21,246 bases of DNA from a virus (IMGVR_UViG_2534681772_000016:1-21246), one strand, 5' to 3'; shown: positions 1 to 9,160, counted from the first letter of the stretch. Notes: generated by a model from the sequence alone, not told the origin. Translations and numbers: made by a program.

Positions 1-261
1 GAAGCCGGATTACTGGCATCAACAGGAAGTACAGGCGACTCGTATGACAACGCGATGGCGGAGAGCATCAATGGTCTTTACAAAGCGGAGGTAATACACC
101 GTAAGAGCTGGAAAAACCGTGCAGAAGTGGAACTGGCCACACTCACGTGGGTGGACTGGTATAACAATCGACGATTGCTGGAAAGGCTGGGCCATACTCC
201 TCCGGCAGAAGCAGAAAAAGCTTATTATGCTTCCATCGGAAACGATGATCTGGCAGCCTGA
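1..261 (+). CDS. IS3-family transposase OrfB (DDE integrase domain), C-terminal fragment
   Basis: The in-frame translation ...[80 protein letters not shown] matches the C-terminus of the OrfB encoded at 17406-18296. It is truncated by the window edge. Confidence 0.9.
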   Translation, partial: EAGLLASTGSTGDSYDNAMAESINGLYKAEVIHRKSWKNRAEVELATLTWVDWYNNRRLLERLGHTPPAEAEKAYYASIGNDDLAA

Positions 262-303
262 GTTCACAGATAAAACACTCTCCAGGAAACCCGGGGCGGT
301 TCA
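1..303 (+). mobile_element. IS629-like (IS3 family) insertion sequence, 3'-terminal 303 bp only; the element continues beyond the window start
   Basis: Positions 1-303 align with the last 303 bp of the complete IS copy at 18036-18338, with about 7 mismatches. The terminal inverted repeat ends in ...cccggggcggttca at 303, after which the sequence diverges from the other copy. Confidence 0.9.
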
Positions 304-659
304 GCTTGATTAGGATGTCTTTCCATCAGTCCGCCACCACAAAGAATCTTTTTTTGCCATAAGGCAGGAGGTTCATCTTTCAGTGGCTGCCAGTGTTATT
401 TCCCCACTTACTGGCTTGGGTTGTTTCGCTGTACTGCCGTAACTGGTTACCCAGAATAAATTCCGGTTTCATTATCAAGCCCACCAGTAGATAGGCTTTG
501 TAATGAACTGGCTCTTATCTCAACGCAGCCCCTTACCGCGCGCCAGATGCTCAATATCAAGCATCAGCAATGAGATGTTTAATCTGGATTCACTCCAGAA
601 GTGATCACCACCCTGTCTACAGAGCCAGATGTGAAGGATGATGAGTAAAATTATCGCTA

Positions 660-1117
660 TCATCGAAGGCATTGCGTCCTGATGTATTCCTGCAGGTAGT
701 TAACCTGCGCGGTTATCCTGTCGATTCCACTTCGGAGACGGTAATAATTGAGTTCAGCATCTGCTGTAAGTCTTGGGCTTTCTCCATCGCCCATGCCGCT
801 GGCTCCGGTCGTTGACTTTGCACAGGTGGCGGCGACCTGCAGGCGCTTACGCCCAGCAGAAACATCAGCACGGAGACTTTCGATAGTCGCGTTAGCATCA
901 GCAAGCTCCTTTGTGTATCTTGCATCGAGCGCAGCAACATCACGCTGACGCATCTGCATGTCAGTAATTGCCACGTCGCCAGCTTCAGTTCTCTGGCATT
1001 TTTGTCGCGCTGGGCTTTGTAGGTAATGGCGTTATCACGGTAATGATTAACAGCCCATGACAGGCCGACGATGATGCAGATAACCAGAGCGGAGATAATC
1101 GCGGTTACTCTGCTCAT
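660..1117 (-). pseudogene. Rz: Rz i-spanin, frameshifted relative to lambda Rz
   Basis: The N-terminal frame reads [47 protein letters not shown] and then leaves the Rz frame. The C-terminal part, ..[26 protein letters not shown].., is in another frame (ORF 660-974). A 1-bp loss around 975-990 is inferred from the remembered lambda Rz sequence. Confidence 0.7.
713..898 (-). CDS. Rz1: Rz1 o-spanin lipoprotein, embedded in the +1 frame of Rz
   Basis: The 61-aa product [42 protein letters not shown]... has a signal peptide, a lipobox-like Cys and a proline-rich segment. The embedded position is the same as lambda Rz1. Confidence 0.6.
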   Translation of the reverse strand: MLTRLSKVSVLMFLLGVSACRSPPPVQSQRPEPAAWAMEKAQDLQQMLNSIITVSEVESTG

Positions 1118-1590
1118 ACCTCAATCTCTCTGACCGTTCCGCCTGCTTCTTTGAATTTTGCAATCAGGTTGTCAGCCTTATGCTCGAACTGACCATAACC
1201 AGCGCCCGGCAGTGAAGCCCAGATATTGCTGCAACGGTCGATAGCCTGACGGATATCACCGCGATCAATCATCGGTAAAGCGCCACGCTCTTTAATCTGC
1301 TGCAATGCCACAGTGTCCTGGCTTTTCGGAGAGAAGTCTTTCAGGCCAAGCTGATTACGATAGGCATCCCACCAACGGGAAAGAAGCTGGTAACGTCCGG
1401 CTGCTGTTGATTTGAGTTTGGGGTTTAGCGTGACAAGTTTGCGAGGGTGATCTGAGTAATCAGTGAATAGCTCTCCGCCTACAATGACGTCATAACCATG
1501 ATTTCTGGTTTTCTGCCGTCCGTTATCAGTTCCCTCTGACCACGCCAGCATATCGAGGAACGCCTTACGTTGATTATTGATTTCCACCAT
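1114..1590 (-). CDS. R: Endolysin R (lambda-type lytic transglycosylase)
   Basis: The 158-aa product [39 protein letters not shown]... is near-identical to lambda R as recalled. The start overlaps the S stop and the stop overlaps the Rz start. Confidence 0.95.
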   Translation of the reverse strand: MVEINNQRKAFLDMLAWSEGTDNGRQKTRNHGYDVIVGGELFTDYSDHPRKLVTLNPKLKSTAAGRYQLLSRWWDAYRNQLGLKDFSPKSQDTVALQQIKERGALPMIDRGDIRQAIDRCSNIWASLPGAGYGQFEHKADNLIAKFKEAGGTVREIEV

Positions 1591-1897
1591 CTTCTACTCC
1601 GGCTTTTTTAGCAGCGAAGCGTTTGATAAGCGAACCAATCGAGTCAGTGCCGATGTAGCCGATGAACACGCTCGTTATATAAGCGAGATTGCTACTTAGT
1701 CCGGCGAAGTCGAGAATGTCACGAATGAACCAGGCGATAATGGCGCACATCGTTGCGTCGATTACTGTTTTTGTAAACGCACCGCCATTATATCTGCCGC
1801 GAAGGTACGCCATTGCAAACGCAAGGATTGCCCCGATGCCTTGTTCCTTTGCCGCGAGAATGGCGGCTAACAGGTCATGTTTTTCTGGCATCTTCAT
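1574..1897 (-). CDS. S: Holin S (class I, lambda S107/S105 dual-start motif MKMPEK)
   Basis: The 107-aa product [34 protein letters not shown]... is near-identical to lambda S. It contains hydrophobic transmembrane segments and sits upstream of R. Confidence 0.95.
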   Translation of the reverse strand: MKMPEKHDLLAAILAAKEQGIGAILAFAMAYLRGRYNGGAFTKTVIDATMCAIIAWFIRDILDFAGLSSNLAYITSVFIGYIGTDSIGSLIKRFAAKKAGVEDGGNQ

Positions 1898-2302
1898 GTC
1901 TTACCCCCAATAAGGGGATTTGCTCTATTTAATTAGGAATAAGGTCGATTACTGATAGAACAAATCCAGGCTACTGTGTTTAGTAATCAGATTTGTTCGT
2001 GACCGATATGCACGGGCAAAACGGCATGAGGTTGTTAGCGCAGCCTCTTGCCACCCGCTTTCACGAAGGTCATGTGTAGAAGGCCGCAGCATAACTATCA
2101 CTGATGAATTCAGGATAGCCAGTGGCTACGGCTCAGTTTGGGTTGTGCTGTTTCTGGGCGGCGATGACGCCTGTACGCATTTGGTGATCCGGTTCTGCTT
2201 CCGGTATTCGCTTAATTCAGCACAACGGAAAGAGCACTGGCTAACCAGGCGCGCCGACTCTTCACGATTATCGACTCAATGCTCTTACCTGTTGTGCAAA
2301 CA

Positions 2303-2340
2303 AAAAAGCCACCGTTGCAACTTAAGAGTCACTAACGGCA
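2303..2340 (-). terminator. Putative tR'-like intrinsic terminator of the short late leader transcript
   Basis: On the minus strand, the hairpin ugccguu...aacggugg is followed by cuuuuuuguuug. It lies immediately upstream of the lambda-like late leader that runs to S. Confidence 0.4.
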
Positions 2341-2345
2341 GCTTA

Positions 2346-2382
2346 CCCTCTAATTATGGCTAAATGGCTAATTGCATGTCAA
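2346..2382 (-). promoter_or_regulatory. Putative late promoter pR' (-35 TTGACA, 18-bp spacer, -10 CATAAT) overlapping the last codons of Q; likely qut region
   Basis: On the minus strand TTGACA (2377-2382) lies within the final Q codons and CATAAT (2353-2358) lies just after the Q stop. This is the expected position for a Q-dependent late promoter. Confidence 0.45.
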
Positions 2383-2878
2383 GGTTTTTAACAGCAACAT
2401 GCTTAACTTTCTCAACACGTTTACGCATTTTGAAAGCATTTTGCATTGGCTGGTACAAAACAAATAACGACGCTTTCAGGATGTCGTCAATTTCGTTTCT
2501 ACAGGTTGCCAGTGAAGGTTTTCTCCATCCCTCGCCACCACGTCCACACATCTTGCGTGGCTTTGCAGTCGCGTGATAGTAGGATGCAATTGCTCGCTTA
2601 GATGAACCATGAGCGTAGTAGCTGAGGAGGATGCCAAAGGCTTTCTTGTCAATGCACATGACGGAATCGACGACCTGAGAAATCAACATTCCATCATCAT
2701 CATTGCACATTGGCCTTGTCATAACTCTTCCCGGCTCTACGCTCTCCATGAACTTCGCTATTACGCTGCTCATGCGCTTTTCCAGACGACCTGAATAAAC
2801 CCATGCGCCCCACAGTTCAAGCCAGCCATTCAGCCACTCATGCTGCTCTTTGGTGAGGTTTAGTTCTCTTATTCCCAT
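2360..2878 (-). CDS. Q: Late-gene antiterminator Q (non-lambda Q family, similar to phage 21/82 and QuuD types)
   Basis: The 172-aa product contains ..[37 protein letters not shown].. motifs recalled from Q-family antiterminators. It sits between the nin region and the late promoter and lysis genes. Confidence 0.75.
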   Translation of the reverse strand: MGIRELNLTKEQHEWLNGWLELWGAWVYSGRLEKRMSSVIAKFMESVEPGRVMTRPMCNDDDGMLISQVVDSVMCIDKKAFGILLSYYAHGSSKRAIASYYHATAKPRKMCGRGGEGWRKPSLATCRNEIDDILKASLFVLYQPMQNAFKMRKRVEKVKHVAVKNLDMQLAI

Positions 2879-3539
2879 GCGCCTTCTCCCTGTACCTGAA
2901 TCAATGTGAGGTTTCCGCAGAACACTGCGCCGGTATCGATATACATCTGGTTGGCAAACTTGAGTGGTTTCACTGCTGGCGTATGACCAAAGATGAACAT
3001 GTCCGCGCCTTTGATTTCTTTCACGATCCCGTCTTGTGAGTTGCTGATTCGTTCGCGATTCCAGATTACCTGCTGATGATCAACTGGCTTTCCGAACTCG
3101 TATTCGTCACAAGGATAATCGGCGTGGCAGATGACATATTTTTTCCTTTACTCACCAGTTCGATTATTAACGGAAGTTCATCTGCTTTATGGGCAAGAGC
3201 TTTAGCCAGAATTTCTTTGTCGTAATCGAGATTAAAGAACCAGCCACCGCCATTAAGCAGCCAGTGATTAACGTTTCCACGCTCTGATAAGCCATCAATC
3301 ATCATTTGCTCATGGTTTCCACGTACAGCTCTGAACCAGGGGAATGTGATTAATTCCATACATTCGACGTTCTCTGTACCGCGATCAACCAAATCGCCAA
3401 CCGAGATAAGCAGGTCTTTTTTGGTGTCGAATCCTATCGCCTCCAGTTTTTTCATCAGGTTCGTGTAGCATCCGTGCAGATCGCCAACTACCCAAATATT
3501 TCGGTATTTGCTGCCATCAATTCTTTCGTAATAGCGCAT
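2869..3539 (-). pseudogene. ninI: NinI-like Ser/Thr protein phosphatase (calcineurin-like metallophosphatase), frameshifted
   Basis: The N-terminal frame [28 protein letters not shown]...[19 protein letters not shown] matches lambda NinI. The C-terminal part [11 protein letters not shown]...[33 protein letters not shown] is in another frame. The break is at a T6 run (plus strand 3137-3142). Confidence 0.8.
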
Positions 3540-3723
3540 CTCTTTCACTCCATCCGCGATGAACCATAAGAACGTCGTTGACGATGGCGTGCATTTTCCC
3601 GTCTTTATCATCAACGTATTTTCTGACCGTGCCGCGACTACATTTCAGTCTGCGTGCTACTTCTGTCTGGTTTCCGTATGCTTCAACGAGCATGTCTGGA
3701 ATGGTTTTTACTGAGAACGTCAT
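3517..3723 (-). CDS. ninH: NinH
   Basis: The 68-aa product [39 protein letters not shown]... matches lambda NinH as recalled. Confidence 0.9.
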   Translation of the reverse strand: MTFSVKTIPDMLVEAYGNQTEVARRLKCSRGTVRKYVDDKDGKMHAIVNDVLMVHRGWSERDALLRKN

Positions 3724-4331
3724 GCGGCCTCACTTCTGCTATTTCGCAGGTCTTTGAGTTTCTGCTGATACTCCGCCTTGATCGCCTTGCACTCTTCGAC
3801 AGTCCAGCGATGGCGGTTATGGTTTGATTCGATTTCGTCTACTGCTTCCTGCCCGATGCGATTAATCAGTTCGACGCGATACGGAACGAGATTTCCGCTT
3901 TTGTGCTGGTTGCACACCACGCATTGCTTGTGAATATTGCGTTCATCAAATCGGAGTTGAGGTGCCGCAGCAGTTGTCCGGTAATGTCCGGCATCCCACT
4001 GAGCAGACGTGAGCGTTCCGCACGAGATACATGGTAAGTCGCGGTCTCTTTCTCTGATGAAGGCGTTTACGGCTTGTTGGGCTTGTTTAATCCAGTAACT
4101 GCGGGGCTTTAAGGCGAGTTTTCGAATCTTAAGTTTATCTTTCTGTTTCTGCTCCTCTCGTCGTCGTTTCTTCTCTGCTGCCTTTTCCGCTTTTTCGCGT
4201 TCTTTGCTTCGTCGTTCGAGTGCTATCTTGGTTCCACACTCTGGAGAGCACCACCACTGATTGGCGAATGCAGGGTGAAACCATTCCCGACATTCATCGT
4301 TTTTACATCGTCTTCGCGCTGGTTTAGCCAT
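3720..4331 (-). CDS. ninG: NinG (Rap-family recombination-associated endonuclease)
   Basis: The 203-aa product [35 protein letters not shown]... has the Cys-rich pattern and length of lambda NinG. Confidence 0.9.
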   Translation of the reverse strand: MAKPARRRCKNDECREWFHPAFANQWWCSPECGTKIALERRSKEREKAEKAAEKKRRREEQKQKDKLKIRKLALKPRSYWIKQAQQAVNAFIRERDRDLPCISCGTLTSAQWDAGHYRTTAAAPQLRFDERNIHKQCVVCNQHKSGNLVPYRVELINRIGQEAVDEIESNHNRHRWTVEECKAIKAEYQQKLKDLRNSRSEAA

Positions 4332-4494
4332 CGTCTTCTTCCTCGTGCATCGAGCTATTCGGATCGCTCATCAGTTCTGCGCAGCAGTGCTCACACACGT
4401 GAACTTCCAGCACATGCAGCTTCTGACCGCAGTTAGCGCACGTTAAAGCTCGCTCGACGCTTTCTTGTTCGTAACTTCGATTTGGGTCAATCAC
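4324..4494 (-). CDS. ninF: NinF (GTG start)
   Basis: The 56-aa translation (V)[55 protein letters not shown] matches lambda NinF. It is shorter than the 60-aa cutoff of the ORF track. Confidence 0.8.
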   Translation of the reverse strand: MIDPNRSYEQESVERALTCANCGQKLHVLEVHVCEHCCAELMSDPNSSMHEEEDDG

Positions 4495-4673
4495 CTTGTT
4501 TTCCTCGCACGTTCTCTAAGCCACCGGATATCCCACAGGTGAGCCGTGTAGTTGAAGGTTTTTACGTCAGATTCTTTTGGGATTGGCTTGCGTTTATTTC
4601 TGGAGCGTTTCGTTGGAAGGTATTTGCAGTTTTCACAGATGATGTCGGTGATACTTCGTCGCTGTCGTCTCAT
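4491..4673 (-). CDS. ninE: NinE
   Basis: The internal Met start gives [52 protein letters not shown]..., which matches lambda NinE (60 aa). Confidence 0.85.
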   Translation of the reverse strand: MRRQRRSITDIICENCKYLPTKRSRNKRKPIPKESDVKTFNYTAHLWDIRWLRERARKTR

Positions 4674-5200
4674 GCCGCCCTCCTGACGCGCTGCCCGATT
4701 GCCATCAATGCCGCTTTGGATACAGTAGTAAACATCCGTCGAGGACTGATGAACGGTCGCCAAATCAGCAGCATGGAGCCTTTGCTGTTTCCCTTCTTCT
4801 CCAGCCCTGTCGATGGTTCGATAAAATTAATCCGTCCATCAGTGATAATGCGAACTTCGTCGACACTCTCCAGAGCCTTGCTGAACCATCCGACTGACAT
4901 ATCCTCTGGCACAAGCATCACTACCGTCTGTCGCTGTTGTATACACTGCTCAGCGGCTTTTTCCACCCACGGCCTGATATTGCTGTACGGTGGGTTATTC
5001 CAGATTGCACCGTGGCTTACCCACTCAGAATTGAGCGCGTCGTCGGCCTCAGTTAGCCAGTGAGCACACAGAGCATTTTTGTCGCTCGCTGCCGAATCCA
5101 GCCAGAATCCAAACTCAATATCCAGTGCATCAAAAAGCCAAAGCGGCGTTTGCCAGCAGTCTCTAACTTCTTTTGGTGTTTCTGATTTATGCTTAATCAT
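4670..5200 (-). CDS. Phage Dam-like DNA N6-adenine methyltransferase
   Basis: The product contains [17 protein letters not shown] and NPPYS (the D/N-PP-Y catalytic motif). Its ATG overlaps the ninB stop (ATGA). It occupies the lambda ninC/ninD position. Confidence 0.7.
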   Translation of the reverse strand: MIKHKSETPKEVRDCWQTPLWLFDALDIEFGFWLDSAASDKNALCAHWLTEADDALNSEWVSHGAIWNNPPYSNIRPWVEKAAEQCIQQRQTVVMLVPEDMSVGWFSKALESVDEVRIITDGRINFIEPSTGLEKKGNSKGSMLLIWRPFISPRRMFTTVSKAALMAIGQRVRRAA

Positions 5201-5649
5201 GCAGCCTTTCCTTTTCGTTGTGACCATTCATACTCTCGCCGGGAGTCATCACTCCACCGCACGTTGCGCTCTGAGCCGAACCAGAACATGATTTCGATAA
5301 GCTCAGTCATGCTGGCCTTTCGCATTTTGCTGGTACGCACACCAAGCATGACAACGCCACCATCGATACCAGGAACACTTCGTTGCTCCAGTTTTTTGGT
5401 CTTAAGCCACAGGGCAGTGAACAGGTCTTTCCAGTCTTCCGGTGCCAGCCGTTGACCATGCCATAGCACCTGACGCGAAACATCGTTCAGCATCGGCCAC
5501 ATACGGTCATTCTGAGCTTTGCTGCGTTTGGGTTCTCTAACGTGGACTTCATGAGGTGACTTGTCGTCGATCGGAAGTGAGAGTATTGCGTCTATGGCGT
5601 TGTTTCTGATTGCTTCGTTGCGAAGCATGTATATTTGCTTCATTGTCAC
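5197..5649 (-). CDS. ninB: NinB (Orf-family recombination mediator)
   Basis: The 150-aa product has ..DVSRQVLWHGQRL..EDWKDLFTA..FGSERNVRWSDD.., matching the lambda NinB pattern. Confidence 0.8.
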   Translation of the reverse strand: MTMKQIYMLRNEAIRNNAIDAILSLPIDDKSPHEVHVREPKRSKAQNDRMWPMLNDVSRQVLWHGQRLAPEDWKDLFTALWLKTKKLEQRSVPGIDGGVVMLGVRTSKMRKASMTELIEIMFWFGSERNVRWSDDSRREYEWSQRKGKAA

Positions 5650-5675
5650 CTCAACTCACAAAACGCCACGCCATT

Positions 5676-5831
5676 TTATAGGCTCCATCCATCCCATTTT
5701 CTCTCACCAAAAATATGCCTGTGCCATTCTTCCCGCTGCCGTCTCCATAGTTCCATCATGTCTGGCTGGTTCTTTTCTCGCATTTTTCGAATCTGCTCAA
5801 GGATGAACTCTATTTGCTGCTGATTTGTCAT
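5676..5831 (-). CDS. Hypothetical small protein (51 aa)
   Basis: The ORF MTNQQQIEFILEQIRKMREKNQPDMMELWRRQREEWHRHIFGERKWDGWSL is preceded by GAAGGAG at suitable spacing. No family was recognised. Confidence 0.35.
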   Translation of the reverse strand: MTNQQQIEFILEQIRKMREKNQPDMMELWRRQREEWHRHIFGERKWDGWSL

Positions 5832-5841
5832 GCTCACTCCT

Positions 5842-6057
5842 TCACTTTAAATTCAGGTTCCGGATTATTCTGTTGCGCTGAAACTCATTGTTGAGTTTGA
5901 ACAACCGCCGAAGAACACGGTCACGCGGATAGCGTCGTGCGGCAGGTGAATGCTCATACAACTCATCAATCGGCAAACTGGACGATGAACGATACTGATA
6001 CCAACGCACCAACTCTTCACGAAAATTAGCCCTGACAAGTTCAGCTATCGTACTCAT
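5842..6057 (-). CDS. Hypothetical protein (71 aa), in the position of lambda ren
   Basis: The ORF has an upstream GGAGG RBS. It lies between the tR2-like terminator and ninB. No family was recognised. Confidence 0.45.
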   Translation of the reverse strand: MSTIAELVRANFREELVRWYQYRSSSSLPIDELYEHSPAARRYPRDRVLRRLFKLNNEFQRNRIIRNLNLK

Positions 6058-6082
6058 TTCTTAAAGCCTCCAATTCCCTCTC

Positions 6083-6118
6083 CCCCAAATAAAAAGGCCT
6101 GCGATTACCAGCAGGCCT
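6083..6118 (-). terminator. Intrinsic terminator downstream of the replication genes (tR2-like position)
   Basis: On the minus strand, the perfect 8-bp stem aggccugc/gcaggccu with an 8-nt loop is followed by uuuuuauuug. It lies 30 bp after the helicase stop. Confidence 0.6.
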
Positions 6119-6147
6119 GTTACAAGCTCAGTGATGTAGATGGTCAT

Positions 6148-6915
6148 TTAATACTCCGTCACGTTTTCCTGTCGCCACGCCTCGTCATATTCCGACTTCG
6201 GCATATTGGCGATGTAGCTATATGGCGATCCTGATTCAAGTTGCAGGAACTGGTGCGATTGCTCGTCAAGGAACAACGGGACACCACCTTCCCAACCTTC
6301 GCCGTTACGTTGTTTTTCAAGCATCAAAACAGATGCCGGAGATGCCAGTAGCTGTTCGTCCTTCTCTGACATCTTTTCACCACTCTGAACTCTCTGTAAC
6401 GCTCTCTCGCGAGCCTTGTTACGCCAGATGATGAAAAGATTGTCTGTCAGGTCTGTTATCGCTCCAGAGCCTTTTACGTCCATTTTCCCGGTTGGTTTTT
6501 CTTCGCTGTCTCCTTTTCGCGAGTGAGTAACGAGAATGACGTGGGAGTTTGTTTTGTTTTTGAAGTCGCAAATCGAGTCAACAAACGCCTTCTGCCCGTT
6601 ATAGTCATCGTCGCCTATGCCACATTTCATCAGGCTGTCGATGATGAATAACTGGATCCCGTATCGGCGGCGAGCGTAGTCGAATATTTCGATCAGCCTG
6701 TCGGCTTTCGCCGTTCCGGTCAGACCAAACACCCAAAGTCTCTCGTCATAAAATTTAAATGCAGAGTCAATTTCCAGCACTGGCGGCATCTTGCAGCACG
6801 TCGCCTGACGGGTAAGTCGCTTAAGGAGAATGCCTGGCTTCAGCTCAAGTGACGCGATGCAGGTCTTCACACCCTGACGCATTGCCTCAAGTGCCATATG
6901 CCCGACAACCTCGGT
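6148..6915 (-). CDS. Replicative primase-helicase, C-extein: RecA-like helicase core of the T7 gp4/DnaB type
   Basis: After the intein terminal HN the product reads TEVVGHMALEAMRQ... It has a Walker B-like IQLFIIDSLMK and the motifs HVILVTHSRK and GSGAITDLTDNLFIIWR. Confidence 0.7.
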   Translation of the reverse strand, partial: TEVVGHMALEAMRQGVKTCIASLELKPGILLKRLTRQATCCKMPPVLEIDSAFKFYDERLWVFGLTGTAKADRLIEIFDYARRRYGIQLFIIDSLMKCGIGDDDYNGQKAFVDSICDFKNKTNSHVILVTHSRKGDSEEKPTGKMDVKGSGAITDLTDNLFIIWRNKARERALQRVQSGEKMSEKDEQLLASPASVLMLEKQRNGEGWEGGVPLFLDEQSHQFLQLESGSPYSYIANMPKSEYDEAWRQENVTEY

Positions 6916-7937
6916 GTTATGCGTTGCCACATATCCTCTGGTTACATACAGGTGGCGAGGGTGATCGACCATGATACACAAGCATTCTGCATTGCCGATT
7001 TTTTCAACATTCCTGACGAATACCCCACACCCCTCGAATCGATGCGCAGTTAATCTGCCATTGAGTCGTGGTGAACGGATGGCCTCCCTGATTTCCCTTG
7101 TCAGTCGTATCCTTGCCTCATATGAATCCATCCCATGCCGCTTATCGCCCTTGTATGTGTATGTCACGCCAGTTTTAACTCGCGTCCGGCATGAACCGCC
7201 GAGTGAGTTAACCAGTTGAACAACCCCATTACGCAGTTCTTCACTTGCTGAGGAAAAACAAGCGTTCCATCCTTCTCGACATAACCATCCGTTTCAAGCA
7301 GACCACACAGCATTCCTATACGCGTTGATTTGTTTGCGGAAAAAAACACACGAGGGATGAATTTGTTTTTTGCTGTGCACCCCATTAGTCCATAAACTCG
7401 CAGGGTCTCCATGAGTGGATTTACCTGACCACGCGCCGTTGATATCAGCCAGTCCTTACCATCTCCAGAGAAGTTGTAATCAGGCAGTTCAGCCTTCATA
7501 CGCTCGATCATGTATGGCTCGACGTTTGAAAACTTCACGCTCCCATTGCTAAGACTACCATCCCCGAGAAGGGAGCCGATAACCCATGCTAATGGCTCTG
7601 AGTGGTCGCCAAAGTCACCAGTTATTTCGGGTATCCTGACGCCATTTTTGTGCCTCTTCGTTTCACTCAACCGTTTCAGCTCGAAGGTGTCTATCACGCG
7701 GCGCTTCTCGCCTTTCGTGAATCCACGACTAGTGACCTCCCATAGGTGATCGCCTGCGCAATCAACATAACGACCATCTTCAAATGTGACTCGGTAAACA
7801 TCTCTAACACCCTGCGGGAATATCCCGGTGACAGTTGACGGATTGCCGTCTACTGATGCCACCTGATCGCCAATTTTTACATCCCCGTGAGTAGTCCATT
7901 CACCATTAGCGAGCAGAATTGGTTCATCAAGTGGACA
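6916..7937 (-). other. Intein (Hint domain with embedded LAGLIDADG homing-endonuclease motifs) inserted in the helicase P-loop; reading frame broken at an A5/T5 run (plus strand 7254-7258)
   Basis: N-terminal block CPLDEPILLANGEW..IGDQVASVDG..VYRVTFEDGRYVDCAGDHLWEV. Two LAGLIDADG motifs: LAWVIGSLLGDGSL and IGMLCGLLETDGYV. C-terminal block, in the other frame, CLCIMVDHPRHLYVTRGYVATHN followed by T. The extein-only product restores GHGK(A)T. Confidence 0.7.
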
Positions 7938-9053
7938 GGCTTTTCCGTGACCGTTCACACCATTGACCAGCGTCAACTCTGCCTCACGGAACTGGAATTT
8001 ATCTGCCAGAGATTCCCACGGTGGATTAAACAGATACTGCTGCTTGCCGTAGAAAGCGTTGATAGTGTCCTGGTAAAACTCTCGCGCACTGTAGAGTTCT
8101 TCAGGATCGAAGTAGGATGCCGTGCCGATGTACTGCCAGATTTCATCCTCGGTAACACCGTTCATCAGGCATTCGTTGATGTCTTTGTACGGCAGAGTAA
8201 CAAGACGGCAACGATGTTCACCGAGTCGGCTTGCGATTTCCCTTGCGGCTTCACGACCAACATCATCAACGTCCATCGAGATGAATATTTCCTCAAACCT
8301 GTCGAGGTTGTGATACTCAAACTCAATCCACTGTTGCTTAGCGCCTTTCCCGCCACCAAACGGCACGGATAACGCCGAGATGCCGTATTGCGCATAGCTC
8401 ATACAATCAATTTCGCCTTCGCAAAGTACAACCGCCCTCACGCCAGCGTCCAGAGCCTGCCATCCGAACAGACAAGGTTCGCAATCACCTTCTGCCATAA
8501 TGACTTTCTTCCCGTCCGGGCGCTCAGTGCTGATTCGCTTGACCTGCAACAACTCACCATCGCGTTTGTACGGAAGCACCAGTGCATCAAGTTCTCGTTC
8601 TCCATTCCACACCTTGCCGCTGACAACCTCGTAGCGCTTTACGACTTCTGGCGATATGCCACGCGATTGCAGGTACTCAAGATGGGATTCTGTTCTGGTA
8701 ACGTAGCGGGCGATTTTCTTGCGGTCAGGTCTGGAGAATTTCTTCTCACGTTTGGCATCGAAATGGTGATCGTCATCCTTGATTCCGAGAAAGGCTTTCG
8801 CTTCCTGCATAGCCTGATGCAGGTTAATTCCACGACATGCCATCCACAAATCAAGCATGTCACCGCCGTCTCCCTCAGCGAAATCAGCCCATTTTTTCTT
8901 GCCGCTAAGGTTGACCTTAAGGCTGTTTCCCTTGTCACCGTTGACGTTACCGGCAACCCACTCATGCCCCTCTTTCTTGCCGTTTGGCAACAGGTGCGGA
9001 GCCACCCTGTCAACCTGCGCCCAAAGCAGGTCGCTAAGTTCACTTGGCGTCAT
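7938..9053 (-). CDS. Replicative primase-helicase, N-extein: toprim primase domain plus the start of the helicase up to the Walker A GVNGHGK
   Basis: The product contains the toprim signatures VVLCEGEIDCMSYAQYG and FISMDVDDVGREAA and ends in ..LTLVNGVNGHGKA before the intein. A GAGGGA RBS precedes the ATG at 9053. Confidence 0.75.
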
Positions 9054-9160
9054 GATTCCCTCAGATTGAGATTTTTAAACCAGAAATCGACAAACGAAAT
9101 ACTTAACCAGCCGTGGTTATAACCAGCGACCAGTAGCGATTTGATTTTTGATTTCATGGT

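Noticed and set aside
304-659. bor-like lipoprotein gene or a cos site downstream of Rz
   Set aside because: No ORF with a signal peptide and lipobox was found on either strand, and I could not recognise a cos sequence. The region appears to be a non-coding remnant truncated by the IS.
1898-2359. Possible toxin or tRNA moron between Q and S, the position where Stx phages carry stx and tRNA genes
   Set aside because: The interval is only about 460 bp, has no ORF and no tRNA-like structure, and resembles the lambda late leader.
4482-5063. 193-aa plus-strand ORF, with similar antisense ORFs at 5079-5291, 5189-5455 and 5561-5806
   Set aside because: They lie antisense to the well-supported ninE, methyltransferase and ninB genes, have no RBS and low-complexity Ser/Leu-rich translations. 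They are likely spurious.
7164-7167. Reading the ATGA-like overlap as a genuine boundary between two genes, or as a programmed frameshift
   Set aside because: Intein block F/G and the helicase C-extein continue upstream of the nominal GTG start in that frame. A single-base correction at the A5/T5 run gives one continuous protein, and there is no canonical slippery heptamer.
7887-9122. Plus-strand ORFs of 161 and 244 aa inside the primase-helicase region
   Set aside because: They are antisense to a gene with clear toprim, helicase and intein motifs and show no recognisable features. They are likely spurious.
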